Below, one piece after another: positions 35,920-46,400 of a DNA stretch of 52,423 nucleotides. The DNA lies in the IMG/VR virus record IMGVR_UViG_3300020045_010931, positions 1 through 52,423 of that record; one strand, written 5' to 3'. The translations under genes and the position numbers were made by a program. The number at the start of each line of letters is the position of its first letter. Position 1 is the first letter of the stretch. This DNA is from a virus. Lineage: Duplodnaviria > Caudoviricetes. The notes below the pieces were generated by a model that saw only the letters and a program-made list of their open reading frames with translations, was not told where the DNA came from and did not search any database.

Positions 35920-36624
35920 TTAAATTTGAATGTTTAGCAACGCGGCTGTTTTTGGTCCCACTTCGCCGTCCGGGTTTAGTTCGTTAGTATCCTGGTAAGC
36001 GCGTACGGCCTCAAATGTACCGCGCCCAAACTTACCGTCAACTGCCATTTTATAAAAGCGCAGGGCCTTTAATTTCGTCTGTATTGCCACAACAACCGGC
36101 CCCTCCATTATAGGGGTTTTAAATCGGTAAATAGTTGATACCGGGGGTACGGTTTTAAATGGGGCCGCGCTCTCCTCATATTCTATCCAGGGTACCAAAA
36201 TACCGTAACTCCAGCGGCGGCCGGTAACCACCGATTTTATAAAGCCGGTTTTCCTGCTATGGGCCTCAATCGTCCCGCCCTTTCCATCACATACCACCGC
36301 GTGGCCTACCTGGCCGTCAGCGGCAACGCGCAACAATATTGCGCCTGGCGTTCTGTTAGCCTGGTCCACCGTTATGATTATGCCCATTTTACGGGCGTCG
36401 CGGTCCAGAAACCCGGTATAGGCGTCGGCGGTTGACGGCTTACCGTTGTTGTTAGCGCAACCGTATAGTTTGCCGGTCAGCTGGTATATACCCCAGGCAA
36501 TCGTCTCCGCGCAATCCCAGGGTCCGCGCCAGTTAGGATTATCTTTAGGGACCAGGGCGCCCAGTAAATAAACTTCGCCGACGTGTGGCGTTAAAATGTT
36601 GTACAGATCAATACCTTTTTTCAT
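35920..36624 (-). CDS. Endolysin, NlpC/P60-type peptidase with C-terminal peptidoglycan-binding domain
   Basis: WDCAE catalytic Cys, GHAV His, IEAH; VDGKFGRGTFEAVRAYQ...DGEVGPKT PG-binding motif. Confidence 0.85.
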   Translation of the reverse strand: MKKGIDLYNILTPHVGEVYLLGALVPKDNPNWRGPWDCAETIAWGIYQLTGKLYGCANNNGKPSTADAYTGFLDRDARKMGIIITVDQANRTPGAILLRVAADGQVGHAVVCDGKGGTIEAHSRKTGFIKSVVTGRRWSYGILVPWIEYEESAAPFKTVPPVSTIYRFKTPIMEGPVVVAIQTKLKALRFYKMAVDGKFGRGTFEAVRAYQDTNELNPDGEVGPKTAALLNIQI

Positions 36625-36628
36625 GGCT

Positions 36629-37219
36629 CTACTTTTTAAAATATTTGAAATAAATTAATCTACCTAAAAAGAAAACGACCAGGACGGCCGCTATCCCTAT
36701 CACAATCAACCGCCAGCGGTTACGGTCCTCCGTTATGTTATCCAGGTTAGTTTGTGTTTTATCCAGCTGGCTTGTAATCCCCTGTAGCGTTGCCTGGAGC
36801 GCCGCAACCCTGGCCGTGCTTTCCCTGTATATTGGCACCTTTATAGTATCTGGCTTACATCGCACGTATGAGCCGCGTAAATCACTCATTGCCTTTTGCA
36901 GGGTACTTACCTGGGTTTTGTATTTCGCGACCTCCTGGGCGCTGATTTGGCCCCCAGCGGCTATTTTAGACGCGTCAACCTCTAACTGGCCTTTTAAATT
37001 GTTCACCAGCTGGCCCAGGCTATCTATTTCCTGGGTATGGTCGATATTGTTAGACGGCAATACCTCCGCTTTGCCTACGCTATCCCGGACCGGGTAATTA
37101 GTTGCACAAATAGCGGCCAGCTTTCCCGGGTTGTCGCTGTAATACTTTAGCGCGACCATTTCGGGCGTTTTGCACCCGACCGCCGCGGCCAGGGCAACAA
37201 AAATTAATAGTTTTTTCAT
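36629..37219 (-). CDS. Putative unimolecular spanin
   Basis: Lipoprotein signal MKKLLIFVALAAAVG-C, coiled coil, C-terminal TM with a basic tail; lies between holin and endolysin. Confidence 0.7.
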   Translation of the reverse strand: MKKLLIFVALAAAVGCKTPEMVALKYYSDNPGKLAAICATNYPVRDSVGKAEVLPSNNIDHTQEIDSLGQLVNNLKGQLEVDASKIAAGGQISAQEVAKYKTQVSTLQKAMSDLRGSYVRCKPDTIKVPIYRESTARVAALQATLQGITSQLDKTQTNLDNITEDRNRWRLIVIGIAAVLVVFFLGRLIYFKYFKK

Positions 37220-37249
37220 GTTTGAATTTTTGATTAAGTCCAAAAATAG

Positions 37250-37281
37250 AAAAAGCCCGGCAAAAATACCGGGCTTTTTTT
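37250..37281. terminator. Bidirectional intrinsic terminator
   Basis: AAAAAAGCCCGG-loop-CCGGGCTTTTTT. Confidence 0.75.
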
Positions 37282-37282
37282 G

Positions 37283-37651
37283 TTAGGTCAGCTTTACGTC
37301 CCCCTCTATGTGTTGTATTTCGGGCGGGTCGGCCGGCTTAATAGGTTCGGCCGGTGGCGTGTCTGGTGGCGTTGGTACTGGCGGGCCGCCTTTCCAGGCC
37401 ACGTAAAGACTGTAAATATTTTGAAAGGTAATTATCGACGCAAAAAAGGCGGATATTATTAGGAACGCGTACACCAGTTGCATTTTTATTTTTTCGTCGC
37501 TTATCTGTACGACTGCAATGTAAATGGCGGCGCCGGTAAGAAAAAAGGGAGTAAGCCGGCGGTAACTGGCGTGGCCGGTATTATCCTCAAAGGACGGGGA
37601 TAGCCAATTTACAAACGGCAAAAGGCCAATAATTTTAAATATCCAGTACAT
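37283..37651 (-). CDS. Putative holin
   Basis: Two TM helices after an ASYRRL motif; Pro-rich C-terminus; within the lysis cluster. Confidence 0.6.
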   Translation of the reverse strand: MYWIFKIIGLLPFVNWLSPSFEDNTGHASYRRLTPFFLTGAAIYIAVVQISDEKIKMQLVYAFLIISAFFASIITFQNIYSLYVAWKGGPPVPTPPDTPPAEPIKPADPPEIQHIEGDVKLT

Positions 37652-37654
37652 GAT

Positions 37655-37966
37655 TTAAGGCTTTGATTTTAATGATTGCTGGAATTGCATTTGTTGTTTT
37701 AGCAACATAATATCCTGGGTGTTTTGATTTACACGCGTTTCAAAGCTACCTATAAACGCCTTTATGTTGGCGCTTTCGTCCTTTTTATCAGCTTGCAAGG
37801 TGGCTACATTTTCGGCCAGCCTTTCTATTTTATTGCTCATATTTTGCAAGAAAATAACGAGGGTGACGGCATAAATTAAAAATTGAATAACGTCTTTAAC
37901 CGAAAATTTTAGGTTCTCCATTATGGTAGCTGTTCTGGTTTGTTGAGTGTGTGCGTTGTTGCTCAT
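37655..37966 (-). CDS. Single-TM coiled-coil protein (holin/antiholin-like)
   Basis: TM VIQFLIYAVTLVIFL followed by a coiled coil; within the lysis cluster. Confidence 0.5.
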   Translation of the reverse strand: MSNNAHTQQTRTATIMENLKFSVKDVIQFLIYAVTLVIFLQNMSNKIERLAENVATLQADKKDESANIKAFIGSFETRVNQNTQDIMLLKQQMQFQQSLKSKP

Positions 37967-38025
37967 TTCCGTAGGTGTAAAGATATATGAAATATTTAAA
38001 AACAATCCTCAAAAATCAATCCACT

Positions 38026-38059
38026 AAAAACCCCGGCTACCTTTGCAGGGCCGGGGTTT
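38026..38059 (-). terminator. Intrinsic terminator
   Basis: AAACCCCGGC/GCCGGGGTTT stem. Confidence 0.75.
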
Positions 38060-38063
38060 CGGT

Positions 38064-38963
38064 TTAAACATTGTCGCGATAAACCGCAATTTTAATAGTG
38101 TGTGGGTTTTCAACATCTATCGTATCGGACCCCACAACCGCCGTATCCTCCAGCGTTATGCCGTCCCCCTGGGCTGGCCCGTTTATAAATTCTTTTTTAA
38201 GAGTTACCCCGCCGGCAAATTCCAATTCCCAGCGGTAATTATCGTATCTAAAATAATTATGGTTTCTTAAAAGCGCCTGGCCAGGCACCAGCGTTATGCC
38301 ATCAACAAACGCGTCGCTAACGTTTTTTAATTCGATAGTTATATCAACGCTGGATTTATTGATAACTCCAAAACAACCCGTATCTACAGGGTTTTGAATT
38401 ATTGCATACATTGGCGTGGTAAAGTCGGACGGAAAATTAAAAATTGCTCCGCCTGGAGGTACAGAGCAATCAGCGCTAACCGTCTGGGCTACGTAATCCG
38501 GACTTCCTGGTTTATAAATTAAACTCCGCTGTATGCAACCGCCCGCACCGTACAGGTAGAAAAATCCAGACCCCACCGGTGGCGCTGTAAATTTGTAAAG
38601 CCCGCCGTTTGGCGCAATTACAACCCTATCGCCTATCTGGCTGGCCGGGTCTCCGCTTGCACACCAGGAAACCTCAACGGCGTTACTGGATTGATTTATT
38701 ATTACGCTCTCCCCAGCGCCGCCTCCAGCATCGCCCAGGCTTAAAAACTCGTCGTCAACCTCTAAACTGGTTTTCATTATAATCAAATAATCGTCTCCAG
38801 CCTCTAACTCCGTGAATGCGTTTAGGGTTTTTTCTGGGTCCCAGCTGATATAATTACCCTGTACATGGTAAATCCTTTCACAATTTGTATTATTAAAAAT
38901 GGTCGATAGGGCAACGGATACCTTTGCCGTGGCCGCGTTCGCCCCTGCTATTAATGTCCTCAT
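38064..38963 (-). CDS. Modular beta-rich protein; shared N-domain paralog 3
   Basis: NCERIYH..NYISWDPEKTLNAFTELEAGDDY N-domain, then a Gly linker. Confidence 0.7.
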   Translation of the reverse strand: MRTLIAGANAATAKVSVALSTIFNNTNCERIYHVQGNYISWDPEKTLNAFTELEAGDDYLIIMKTSLEVDDEFLSLGDAGGGAGESVIINQSSNAVEVSWCASGDPASQIGDRVVIAPNGGLYKFTAPPVGSGFFYLYGAGGCIQRSLIYKPGSPDYVAQTVSADCSVPPGGAIFNFPSDFTTPMYAIIQNPVDTGCFGVINKSSVDITIELKNVSDAFVDGITLVPGQALLRNHNYFRYDNYRWELEFAGGVTLKKEFINGPAQGDGITLEDTAVVGSDTIDVENPHTIKIAVYRDNV

Positions 38964-39181
38964 TAGTCTAATGCTTTAAAGTGTTTTGATAAATTAACTT
39001 CCGCCTTTAGGTCCATCGCATAAACCTGGCCTTTTTCCGCTTTCTCTATCGCGTTAAGGGTACCAGCTGGCGACCATGATTTATAATTTTCATGGTGCAA
39101 ATGGTAGACCCGATTGCAATTTTCGGCGTTAAGTCCCGCGGTTTTAAACTTAACGTTCTTTTTTGCCTGGTAACGTTTCAT
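38963..39181 (-). CDS. Stand-alone copy of the shared N-domain (paralog 2)
   Basis: ENCNRVYH..NYKSWSPAGTLNAIEKAEKGQVY. Confidence 0.7.
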   Translation of the reverse strand: MKRYQAKKNVKFKTAGLNAENCNRVYHLHHENYKSWSPAGTLNAIEKAEKGQVYAMDLKAEVNLSKHFKALD

Positions 39182-39186
39182 AAAAT

Positions 39187-40152
39187 CTAATTTATAACGA
39201 TAAACATATCATCAAAATCAATATCAATACCAATGGCAACAACGCTCTCATAAGACTGGGCCAGAGCAACCGGGGCCGAAATCCCAGAATAAGAGCCGCC
39301 GCCGCTGGATTTGCTTATTACAGTAATATTGGCCGCGTACGTCTCGTTTGCAATAATCCGGAAACCTATTGAAGTAGCGCCCGGGTTTGCATCTATCACG
39401 GCTTTAGTTAGGTTATAACCTCCGTCCATCGGGTCGATTTGGGAAACCTGGTCTATAACGACCCCAGAGTTATCTAAAAGCATTATACCTAAAGATTTAT
39501 TTACATTATTCTTAACGGCCACAACGTGCGGCAATGCCTGTAAAAGGAATACTGATAGAGATAGGCCCGTTTCAAACCATGATGTCGGACCCTGCATTAT
39601 AACATCTCCAGTATCTAAAATTTCCGGCTGTACTGGGCTATTGCTTACAATTGTACCGCTCCCGTTGCCATAACTAACGCCGGCAACTTTGCCGTATGTG
39701 CCTGGCTGGTCAACCACAACCCTAAACGCGTTTGCTGTTACTGGGATTGCAGACGACTGTTTAAAAAAGTATGGGGGACCCTGAAAATTAACTTTATCCG
39801 ACCCTACAACAACATTACTACTGTTAAGGTACTCTATGGTATATGAATATCCGCTACCGCCGCCGGTTGCTGTTGGCATTGCTGATAAAAAAATACCTAC
39901 ACCCTCACCCGTAGCCACATCAAACCACTCGGTTAAATCTATCGTTTCCCCATCAACGACGTAAACTATATATCCTTTGCCGGCTTCTACAGCGGTAACA
40001 TTGTTAAGGGTCCCGCCTGGTCTCCAGCTTTTAAAATCGCCGTCCACCTCATATACTTTTAAACAATTTTCGGCTGTTAAGCCCATATCTGCCAGGTTTG
40101 CGTTAGCGCTTGCAACCAATGCAAACGGACCGCTTGTTATAATTTTGCTCAT
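39187..40152 (-). CDS. Modular beta-rich protein; shared N-domain paralog 1
   Basis: ENCLKVYE..DFKSWRPGGTLNNVTAVEAGKGY N-domain. Confidence 0.7.
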   Translation of the reverse strand: MSKIITSGPFALVASANANLADMGLTAENCLKVYEVDGDFKSWRPGGTLNNVTAVEAGKGYIVYVVDGETIDLTEWFDVATGEGVGIFLSAMPTATGGGSGYSYTIEYLNSSNVVVGSDKVNFQGPPYFFKQSSAIPVTANAFRVVVDQPGTYGKVAGVSYGNGSGTIVSNSPVQPEILDTGDVIMQGPTSWFETGLSLSVFLLQALPHVVAVKNNVNKSLGIMLLDNSGVVIDQVSQIDPMDGGYNLTKAVIDANPGATSIGFRIIANETYAANITVISKSSGGGSYSGISAPVALAQSYESVVAIGIDIDFDDMFIVIN

Positions 40153-40166
40153 TTTTTTTACAATTG

Positions 40167-40193
40167 AAAAAAGCCCGGTTTGTGGCCGGGCTT
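40167..40193 (-). terminator. Intrinsic terminator after the tail tube gene
   Basis: AAGCCCGG/CCGGGCTT stem followed by a U-tract. Confidence 0.8.
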
Positions 40194-40211
40194 CGTTTTA
40201 AGATCTATTAA

Positions 40212-41078
40212 TTAGCTTAGTGCAACGTCCCCGTCCGCAAACACCCCGGTAAACACCGCCCCGCTGGCGTCGGTAAACCTCCAGGCGTCGCCGGTGTAAT
40301 CGGTGGTGGCGTCTATGCTGGCAATTTCCGTACTGCCAGATTTTAACACCATTGTTATAGGTAAACCTGGGCGCGGCGTCACTTCATTAAACTCAAATTT
40401 CAGGTCCGGGTCAGTCGCCCCTACAAGCGTAGTAACGCCCGCGTCGGTCGCGCTCGTTGCACTTGCAAAAGTTTGTATAGTATCAAACGTTGACGGTACA
40501 GAGCCGCCCAGGTTAAAGTCTATATCAAAAACCGGGCTTACTTTCAACCTCTCAAAGCTGAATTTTGAGCGCCAGGTTAAATTACCGGTCAGGTTTTCCA
40601 GGTCGTCGTCTCCACCTGGTAAAACGTCGTCCATAACGATAGTAACAATCTGGCCCTCGTTAGATCCGAAAAATACGCCGCCCATTGTTTCGTATGCGAA
40701 TAAACGGACCTGGATACCGCACTCTGTAGCACGCATAAACTCGTAATTTTCATCGGTTACCTGGTAAGTAGTAAACGGTATGGTATGGTCCTTACCTACC
40801 TGGGCCGTAATACCGTTATCAATTTTTTTGGTAACGTTACCAGGTGCTGGTTTTTCGCCGGTTACCGTTAGGGCGCGGATATAATCGTTGCCTACTGTCG
40901 AGGACTGGTTTACGCGGGTTTGCCACTCTGCTAAGAGTTTCCAGTTAGTGAACGGCTGGGCGTTCAATTTTCCGATAAATAAGCGCCTCAACTGGGACGC
41001 AAATACCTCCGGACCGCAATTGTTGTAATTTACCCCAGGTAAATCATACAGGCAATTAGTTGCACATGTTGGTTTCAT
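40212..41078 (-). CDS. Probable major tail tube protein with a C-terminal extension
   Basis: Own promoter and terminator; beta-rich; FTTYQVTDENYEFMRATECG pattern. Confidence 0.6.
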   Translation of the reverse strand: MKPTCATNCLYDLPGVNYNNCGPEVFASQLRRLFIGKLNAQPFTNWKLLAEWQTRVNQSSTVGNDYIRALTVTGEKPAPGNVTKKIDNGITAQVGKDHTIPFTTYQVTDENYEFMRATECGIQVRLFAYETMGGVFFGSNEGQIVTIVMDDVLPGGDDDLENLTGNLTWRSKFSFERLKVSPVFDIDFNLGGSVPSTFDTIQTFASATSATDAGVTTLVGATDPDLKFEFNEVTPRPGLPITMVLKSGSTEIASIDATTDYTGDAWRFTDASGAVFTGVFADGDVALS

Positions 41079-41114
41079 ACTGTTTTTATAAAAATTAAAA
41101 GTTTAATATTTAGT

Positions 41115-41122
41115 CAAATATA
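41115..41122 (-). promoter_or_regulatory. -7 box TATATTTG of the tail tube gene
   Basis: TAnnTTTG upstream of the ATG at 41078. Confidence 0.55.
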
Positions 41123-41149
41123 ACGGTTTTTTTTGCCGTCGTTAATAAA

Positions 41150-43402
41150 TTATACTTCCGATACGCTTATATCAAATGGGCTTTGTACGCCTGTAAATGG
41201 AATTGTCCCGCCGCTCGACGCGGTATCTCCAAACGACCCATTTGCCGCGCTTATACTGGCGCTAAAATTACCGGTCCCAGACGTTGCACTAACCAAAACC
41301 GTAAAAGTACCGCCCAGTATGGTATCGCTGTCTCCTCCACCACCGGCACCAACACTAAGCACGGCAACTGTACCGCCGCCGCTGGTTTTTATGGTTGCGC
41401 TGGCCACTCCTGGCGCTGATAAAGAAACGAGATCACTCCCGCCGCCATCGTCGAAACAATCCCCGTTTGTGTTGGCATACGCCTGGCCCTCCGTATCAAA
41501 ATCCGGGTCGGTCGCCGCCTGGTTATCCGCGTCGGCCTGGCTAATTGTTGACGTGTACGTTTTAGTAAATGGTACAACCGTCCCCAGTAAAGGCTCCTCG
41601 CAATCATTTTTTGTAAAATCTTCGCTCCTGGTGGCCGTATATTCAGTTTCTGGAGTACAGGCGGCGCCATTGGCCGGGTTGTTTGCGTATGCCTGCCCAT
41701 CCGTGTTATAATCTGGGTCCGTTGCGGCCTTGTTATCTGCATCCGCCTGGCTAACGGTCGAGGTAAATGTTTTGCTAAATGAAACGGTCCCGCCCGTAAA
41801 CCCAGCGCCGCAATTATTCCGGGTAAAATTCTGGGTCCTGGTGGCGCTGAAAGTTGGCAAAGCGTTACAAACCGCTCCGTTGGCCGGGTCGTTAGCAAAT
41901 GCCTGGCCCTGGGTCGTATAGTTAGGGTCCGCGGCCGCCTGGGCCATTGCATCCGCCAGGCTAATTGTTGATGTGTAATTTTTGCTAAAGTTTACAGATG
42001 TGCCGGCATAGCCTGGAGCGCAATTGTTACGCGTAAATGATTGCACCCTATCATAACTATAAACAGCGTTAGGTACGCACGTTGCGTTTGCATCCGCCTG
42101 GGCCTGGCCATCTGCCAAATATTGCGCGTTATCCGCCGCCCTCATATTATCCGCGTCGGCCTGGCTAATTTGAGATACATAGGTTCTGGTAAACGGCGTT
42201 GGCGTGCTGTCATGTTGGCCAGCTGGGCAACTCCCGGTAAATGTCTGGGTACGAACATTTGTAAACGTTGCTATTTGTGAGGCGTTACTAAGTGCATAGG
42301 TACAGTTAAAGTTTTTGGCCTCTATTTTAAACCAGCTGTACCCCATTGCAGGGATTTGATTAACACCACTTTGTAAAGCGCTGTACTCAATATTTGAGGC
42401 AACCAAACTATACGGGCCAGCCTCTACCATTGCGCCGTAAACATTTATCCAGGTATTAGGGTCGGCCGTGCCGGCTATGGTAATAAACCCATCGGCATAT
42501 CCAACGCCATTTAATACCGCCGCTGGCCCTGGGCAACCCTGGGCAACCAGGTTATCACAACACGACCCCAGTATTATTGCAATATCTTGCTGGAATGTAA
42601 TTTTAACCGTCGATTTGCAACCGGGGACGTCAACCTGGCTGTCAACCTTAATGTATTTAAGGTTAGCGGTATTAATTCCGTTTTTTGATACGAGGGTAAC
42701 ATTTTTGTGCATCTGGATAACGAATAAAGCCACCTTTAAAAAATCGGGTACAAACAAATTAATGTAGTACGGGATAACTGTTTTTTGAAATGTCGGTATA
42801 TCGTTATCGTCGCCGTCCTTTGTGGCGTCCTGGCTTAATTCCGGCTCGCTTGCCGTAATCATGGTATCCAGATAAACAACATTTTTAAAAACCTGGTCCT
42901 CATAATAAAAAGGCAAAATATTGCACGGATTAGACCAGGTAAGTTTTAGATAATTAATGTTAATATCCTCAACGTTAAACGCGTCGTTAGGGGGGATAAA
43001 AAACATTTCAGACGTACGATTATTGCCAACTCCACCAAACAGTAAAACCGACTGGTAAAACCCAGTCGGCAAATTTAGTGGAACGTTGGGGCCGGTCGCC
43101 GGCTTAACTGTTAGCGCTGACCCATCGTAATAAAAGTAATCGTTACCCTCCATTGTCCGGGCCTTTATTTTCGTCGCTATGCTGGGCGCCAGGTCAAAGG
43201 TGGCGCCCGTTGTAACGTTTTCAATAATCCATCCCAGTATCGGCCTGGGCGTACGTGGCCGGTACCATTGCCAGGGTAAAAGCGCGTTTTTAGGGCTTAT
43301 CAGCGCCATATCACAATCCGCCTCGCAATTTTCCCTATACCTGTTTTGTTGCTCCTTTTTTTCATACCAGGGGAACGCGCCCGGCGTGCTGTTGTAAATC
43401 AT
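41150..43402 (-). CDS. Tail protein with four DUF5977-like repeats
   Basis: 4 x ~68 aa FTRNNC..G..G..V...YTSTISQADAD..A.....GQA.AN....C. Confidence 0.8.
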   Translation of the reverse strand: MIYNSTPGAFPWYEKKEQQNRYRENCEADCDMALISPKNALLPWQWYRPRTPRPILGWIIENVTTGATFDLAPSIATKIKARTMEGNDYFYYDGSALTVKPATGPNVPLNLPTGFYQSVLLFGGVGNNRTSEMFFIPPNDAFNVEDININYLKLTWSNPCNILPFYYEDQVFKNVVYLDTMITASEPELSQDATKDGDDNDIPTFQKTVIPYYINLFVPDFLKVALFVIQMHKNVTLVSKNGINTANLKYIKVDSQVDVPGCKSTVKITFQQDIAIILGSCCDNLVAQGCPGPAAVLNGVGYADGFITIAGTADPNTWINVYGAMVEAGPYSLVASNIEYSALQSGVNQIPAMGYSWFKIEAKNFNCTYALSNASQIATFTNVRTQTFTGSCPAGQHDSTPTPFTRTYVSQISQADADNMRAADNAQYLADGQAQADANATCVPNAVYSYDRVQSFTRNNCAPGYAGTSVNFSKNYTSTISLADAMAQAAADPNYTTQGQAFANDPANGAVCNALPTFSATRTQNFTRNNCGAGFTGGTVSFSKTFTSTVSQADADNKAATDPDYNTDGQAYANNPANGAACTPETEYTATRSEDFTKNDCEEPLLGTVVPFTKTYTSTISQADADNQAATDPDFDTEGQAYANTNGDCFDDGGGSDLVSLSAPGVASATIKTSGGGTVAVLSVGAGGGGDSDTILGGTFTVLVSATSGTGNFSASISAANGSFGDTASSGGTIPFTGVQSPFDISVSEV

Positions 43403-43409
43403 AATAATT

Positions 43410-46400
43410 TTATTCTACTGGTACGCTCGTTAGTGAATACTCAATTTTATAGTAACTTATCTGTACGGAATTACAATCTTTATCCAGGACCTCAACGGCA
43501 CCGGTAAATAAAACCATATCAAACCCGGTCAATCCCACAACTTCGTCCGTCTCTGCAATAAAAATCGGGTCTCCATTGCCGGCCTGGTCGGTTTGTTTTC
43601 TATGTATTTGGACCGTCATACCCAGCCCTGTTGTGTCATAAGGCACCGTTTTGCCGCCATCCTGGTAAAAATACAAATGATAGGTCCCCGTCCTGGTAAA
43701 TCCGCCGGTGGATATTGGCGCGGTTGACGGCGGCCCCTCTGGTATCTCAATAGGGCAATCTCTTATTTGTGCTATGTTACTATTTTCGGTATAGACAAAA
43801 TCAATATATACCGGCGGGTTTATTTTGACTTTAACCAGCCCAGTTGTTGTGAATGTGCCGTTAGTAACGTCGTAATCAAAACTATCCATACCCAGGTAAT
43901 TTAATGGCGGGGTATAGGTAAAACTGCCATCTGCATTTATAGCGACCGTACCGCCCTGGTCGGTTGTTTTTGTTTCTGCAATTACCGATAACGACCCTAT
44001 TGTGGTGGTATCATTATCCTTTACTCCAGGTGCCGCAACTGTTAGGGTAATATCTTTGGACGTGGTATAATTATCGGTATTGGCAACCGGGGCGTTAGGG
44101 TCCCTAACGTTAATTATACCGTTGCCCGTTGCTGTTAATCCCTGGTCGTCAATAAGGGTAAACGTAAATAGATCCTGGCCGGTAAAATCATTGTTAGGCG
44201 TGTATGTTAACGCCCCGTCCGGATTAATTGAAATTATCCCGTTTGCCGGTTGCGTGTAACTCTGCAATACAAAACCTATATCGTCCGTGCTATTGGCCAA
44301 TGCTCCCGGCGCCGGCTCATTTAATTGTACATTTTTGAGCGTGCTAAAAATTACGGCCCCGGCCACCGGCGCGGTATTAGTAGGGTTAACATTTATTACG
44401 ACCAGGGCGTTGTTGCTCGGTTCGCTCCAGTCGTCCAAAATCCTATAAACAAGCATATCCTGGCCGTTAAAACCAGGATTAGGCACATATCGTATTTTTT
44501 TGTTTGGCAATACGGTTGCGGTACCACTTGACGGCGGTATAACAATCTCAACCGCGGTAATGGTTGCTCCTGGGTCCGCGTCGCTATCGTTCGCCAGTAC
44601 ATCAATATCAATCGTCTGGCCCTGGTAAATGGTGACAATATCATTACCGGCGACCGGCGGCGTATTGCTTGTTAGATCTGCATCCGCCTGGTATAGTAAT
44701 TCTAACTCTATGGTGTCAGATTTAAACGAAAATTCCGCCTTGTTTATAGTACCGATACCCAGGGCCGTTTTTACCTTTTTATCAGGCTCAAAAGTATCTC
44801 CGCAACAAAGGGGTACAGTTAACTTTACCCCTTTCTTTGTTGGCCGTACCGTAATAAAATCCGTTGGTTGCCCGTTCATATTCCCGCGCTTTAAAGGCCG
44901 GTTATATCGGTGGTAATCCCGGTGTAATTGCGCCCATGCAAACGAATTGTTAAGCACACTACCGCCCAAAATTGGCGCCTCGCTGTTGATGCGATAAACG
45001 CCGGCAACTAATCTGGTGGATACAAAAACAAATCCGTCGTCAGATACGCGGCTACTATCCGGGTCCGGATTGCTTAAACATAGTTGTACGTCGGTTGTAA
45101 CTTTTTCGACCGGGTAATTTTTAACCCCGCTTGCATTTTTGGAGGTAACGCACGCGTCGTTATATACTATCGGCAAACCTGGAAAATCCCCGTAATAATC
45201 GTTTTCCATGAATGTAAACCGCTCCTCCCTGGGTATGCTGGGGTTATCATAACTATACCTACGCATATTTTTAACAAACTCCGCGTATCTCGGTATCGTT
45301 AGGTCAAGCCCGATAACCTGTGTATCAAAGTATTTTACATGCTCAATCCGAAAAACGTTTGCACCCTGGCCAACGTCGTACGTTATCCTCCAGGTAGTAT
45401 TAAACATGGTTATCAGCGTTTTTAAAAGCTGTTCCCAGTTTATTTTTGCAATTGTGGCGTTACCCGAAACCGTCGGCCGCTTAACGTCAGATTTTTGGAA
45501 AACAATTATATTATCAACCTTTGATATTTGGTTTGTAACATAGTTGATGTTTGTAACAACGTCCGGGTTAATCTGGAAAAAATCAGATTTTACAATCATT
45601 CCGCCACAAAAATTACTAACGAAATAACTTAAAATGTCGGCCAGCGGCACCCCGTTATCTATGGCGCTTATCGCTCCGCTACCGGTGCCGGCGCTACTGC
45701 CTATAACCTGGCAACTCATTGTATAATTATTGTAATCGCCCTCTACCGGATAGGTGTATTGACAATTATAAATACTGGCCGGCTTCGCATATTTCTGAAA
45801 AACGCCTACATCGTCCCCAGGCAAACAAAACGGCTCTATTGCAATCCAGTCAGGGCCAGGCGACGCGCCACCGCACGGCACATTTGTAACCTGCCTGGCG
45901 TACATCGTGGTAACATCGCATGTATCTGTAGACGGCTCAACGGCAAATAAACTGGGGCCGTCTCCGCCATCATCTAACGGAGGCGGGGCTGGCGTATATA
46001 TTTGTACGTTATGGTAAGCGGCCCAGCCGTAATCTCCAAAAGTACCGGGACCCTCCCAGGCAAAACCACCACAACCCACGCCGGTCTCCGGGTGGGTTGT
46101 TACATGCTGGGTCAAAAATTCCAGTTCAATATCTGGTGGAATTAACGAAACCGTCCGCCTTATGGCTAATAGATCGAGTACATTTATCTCCTGGCCCTTG
46201 TTATCCTCAAAGCAACTGTAAAGCTGGGTTTCGGATAGCTTTAACTCTATGGTGCAACGGTCCAGGTCAAAATCCCCATCGTTTAAAGCGATACGACCGG
46301 CAAACCACGGCGCCCAGGTCTCTATCCCGTTAGTTACACAACGGCGCTCTACCATTATGGGGATATAATCGCACCGGTATATTGAGCGCTCCAGCTTATA

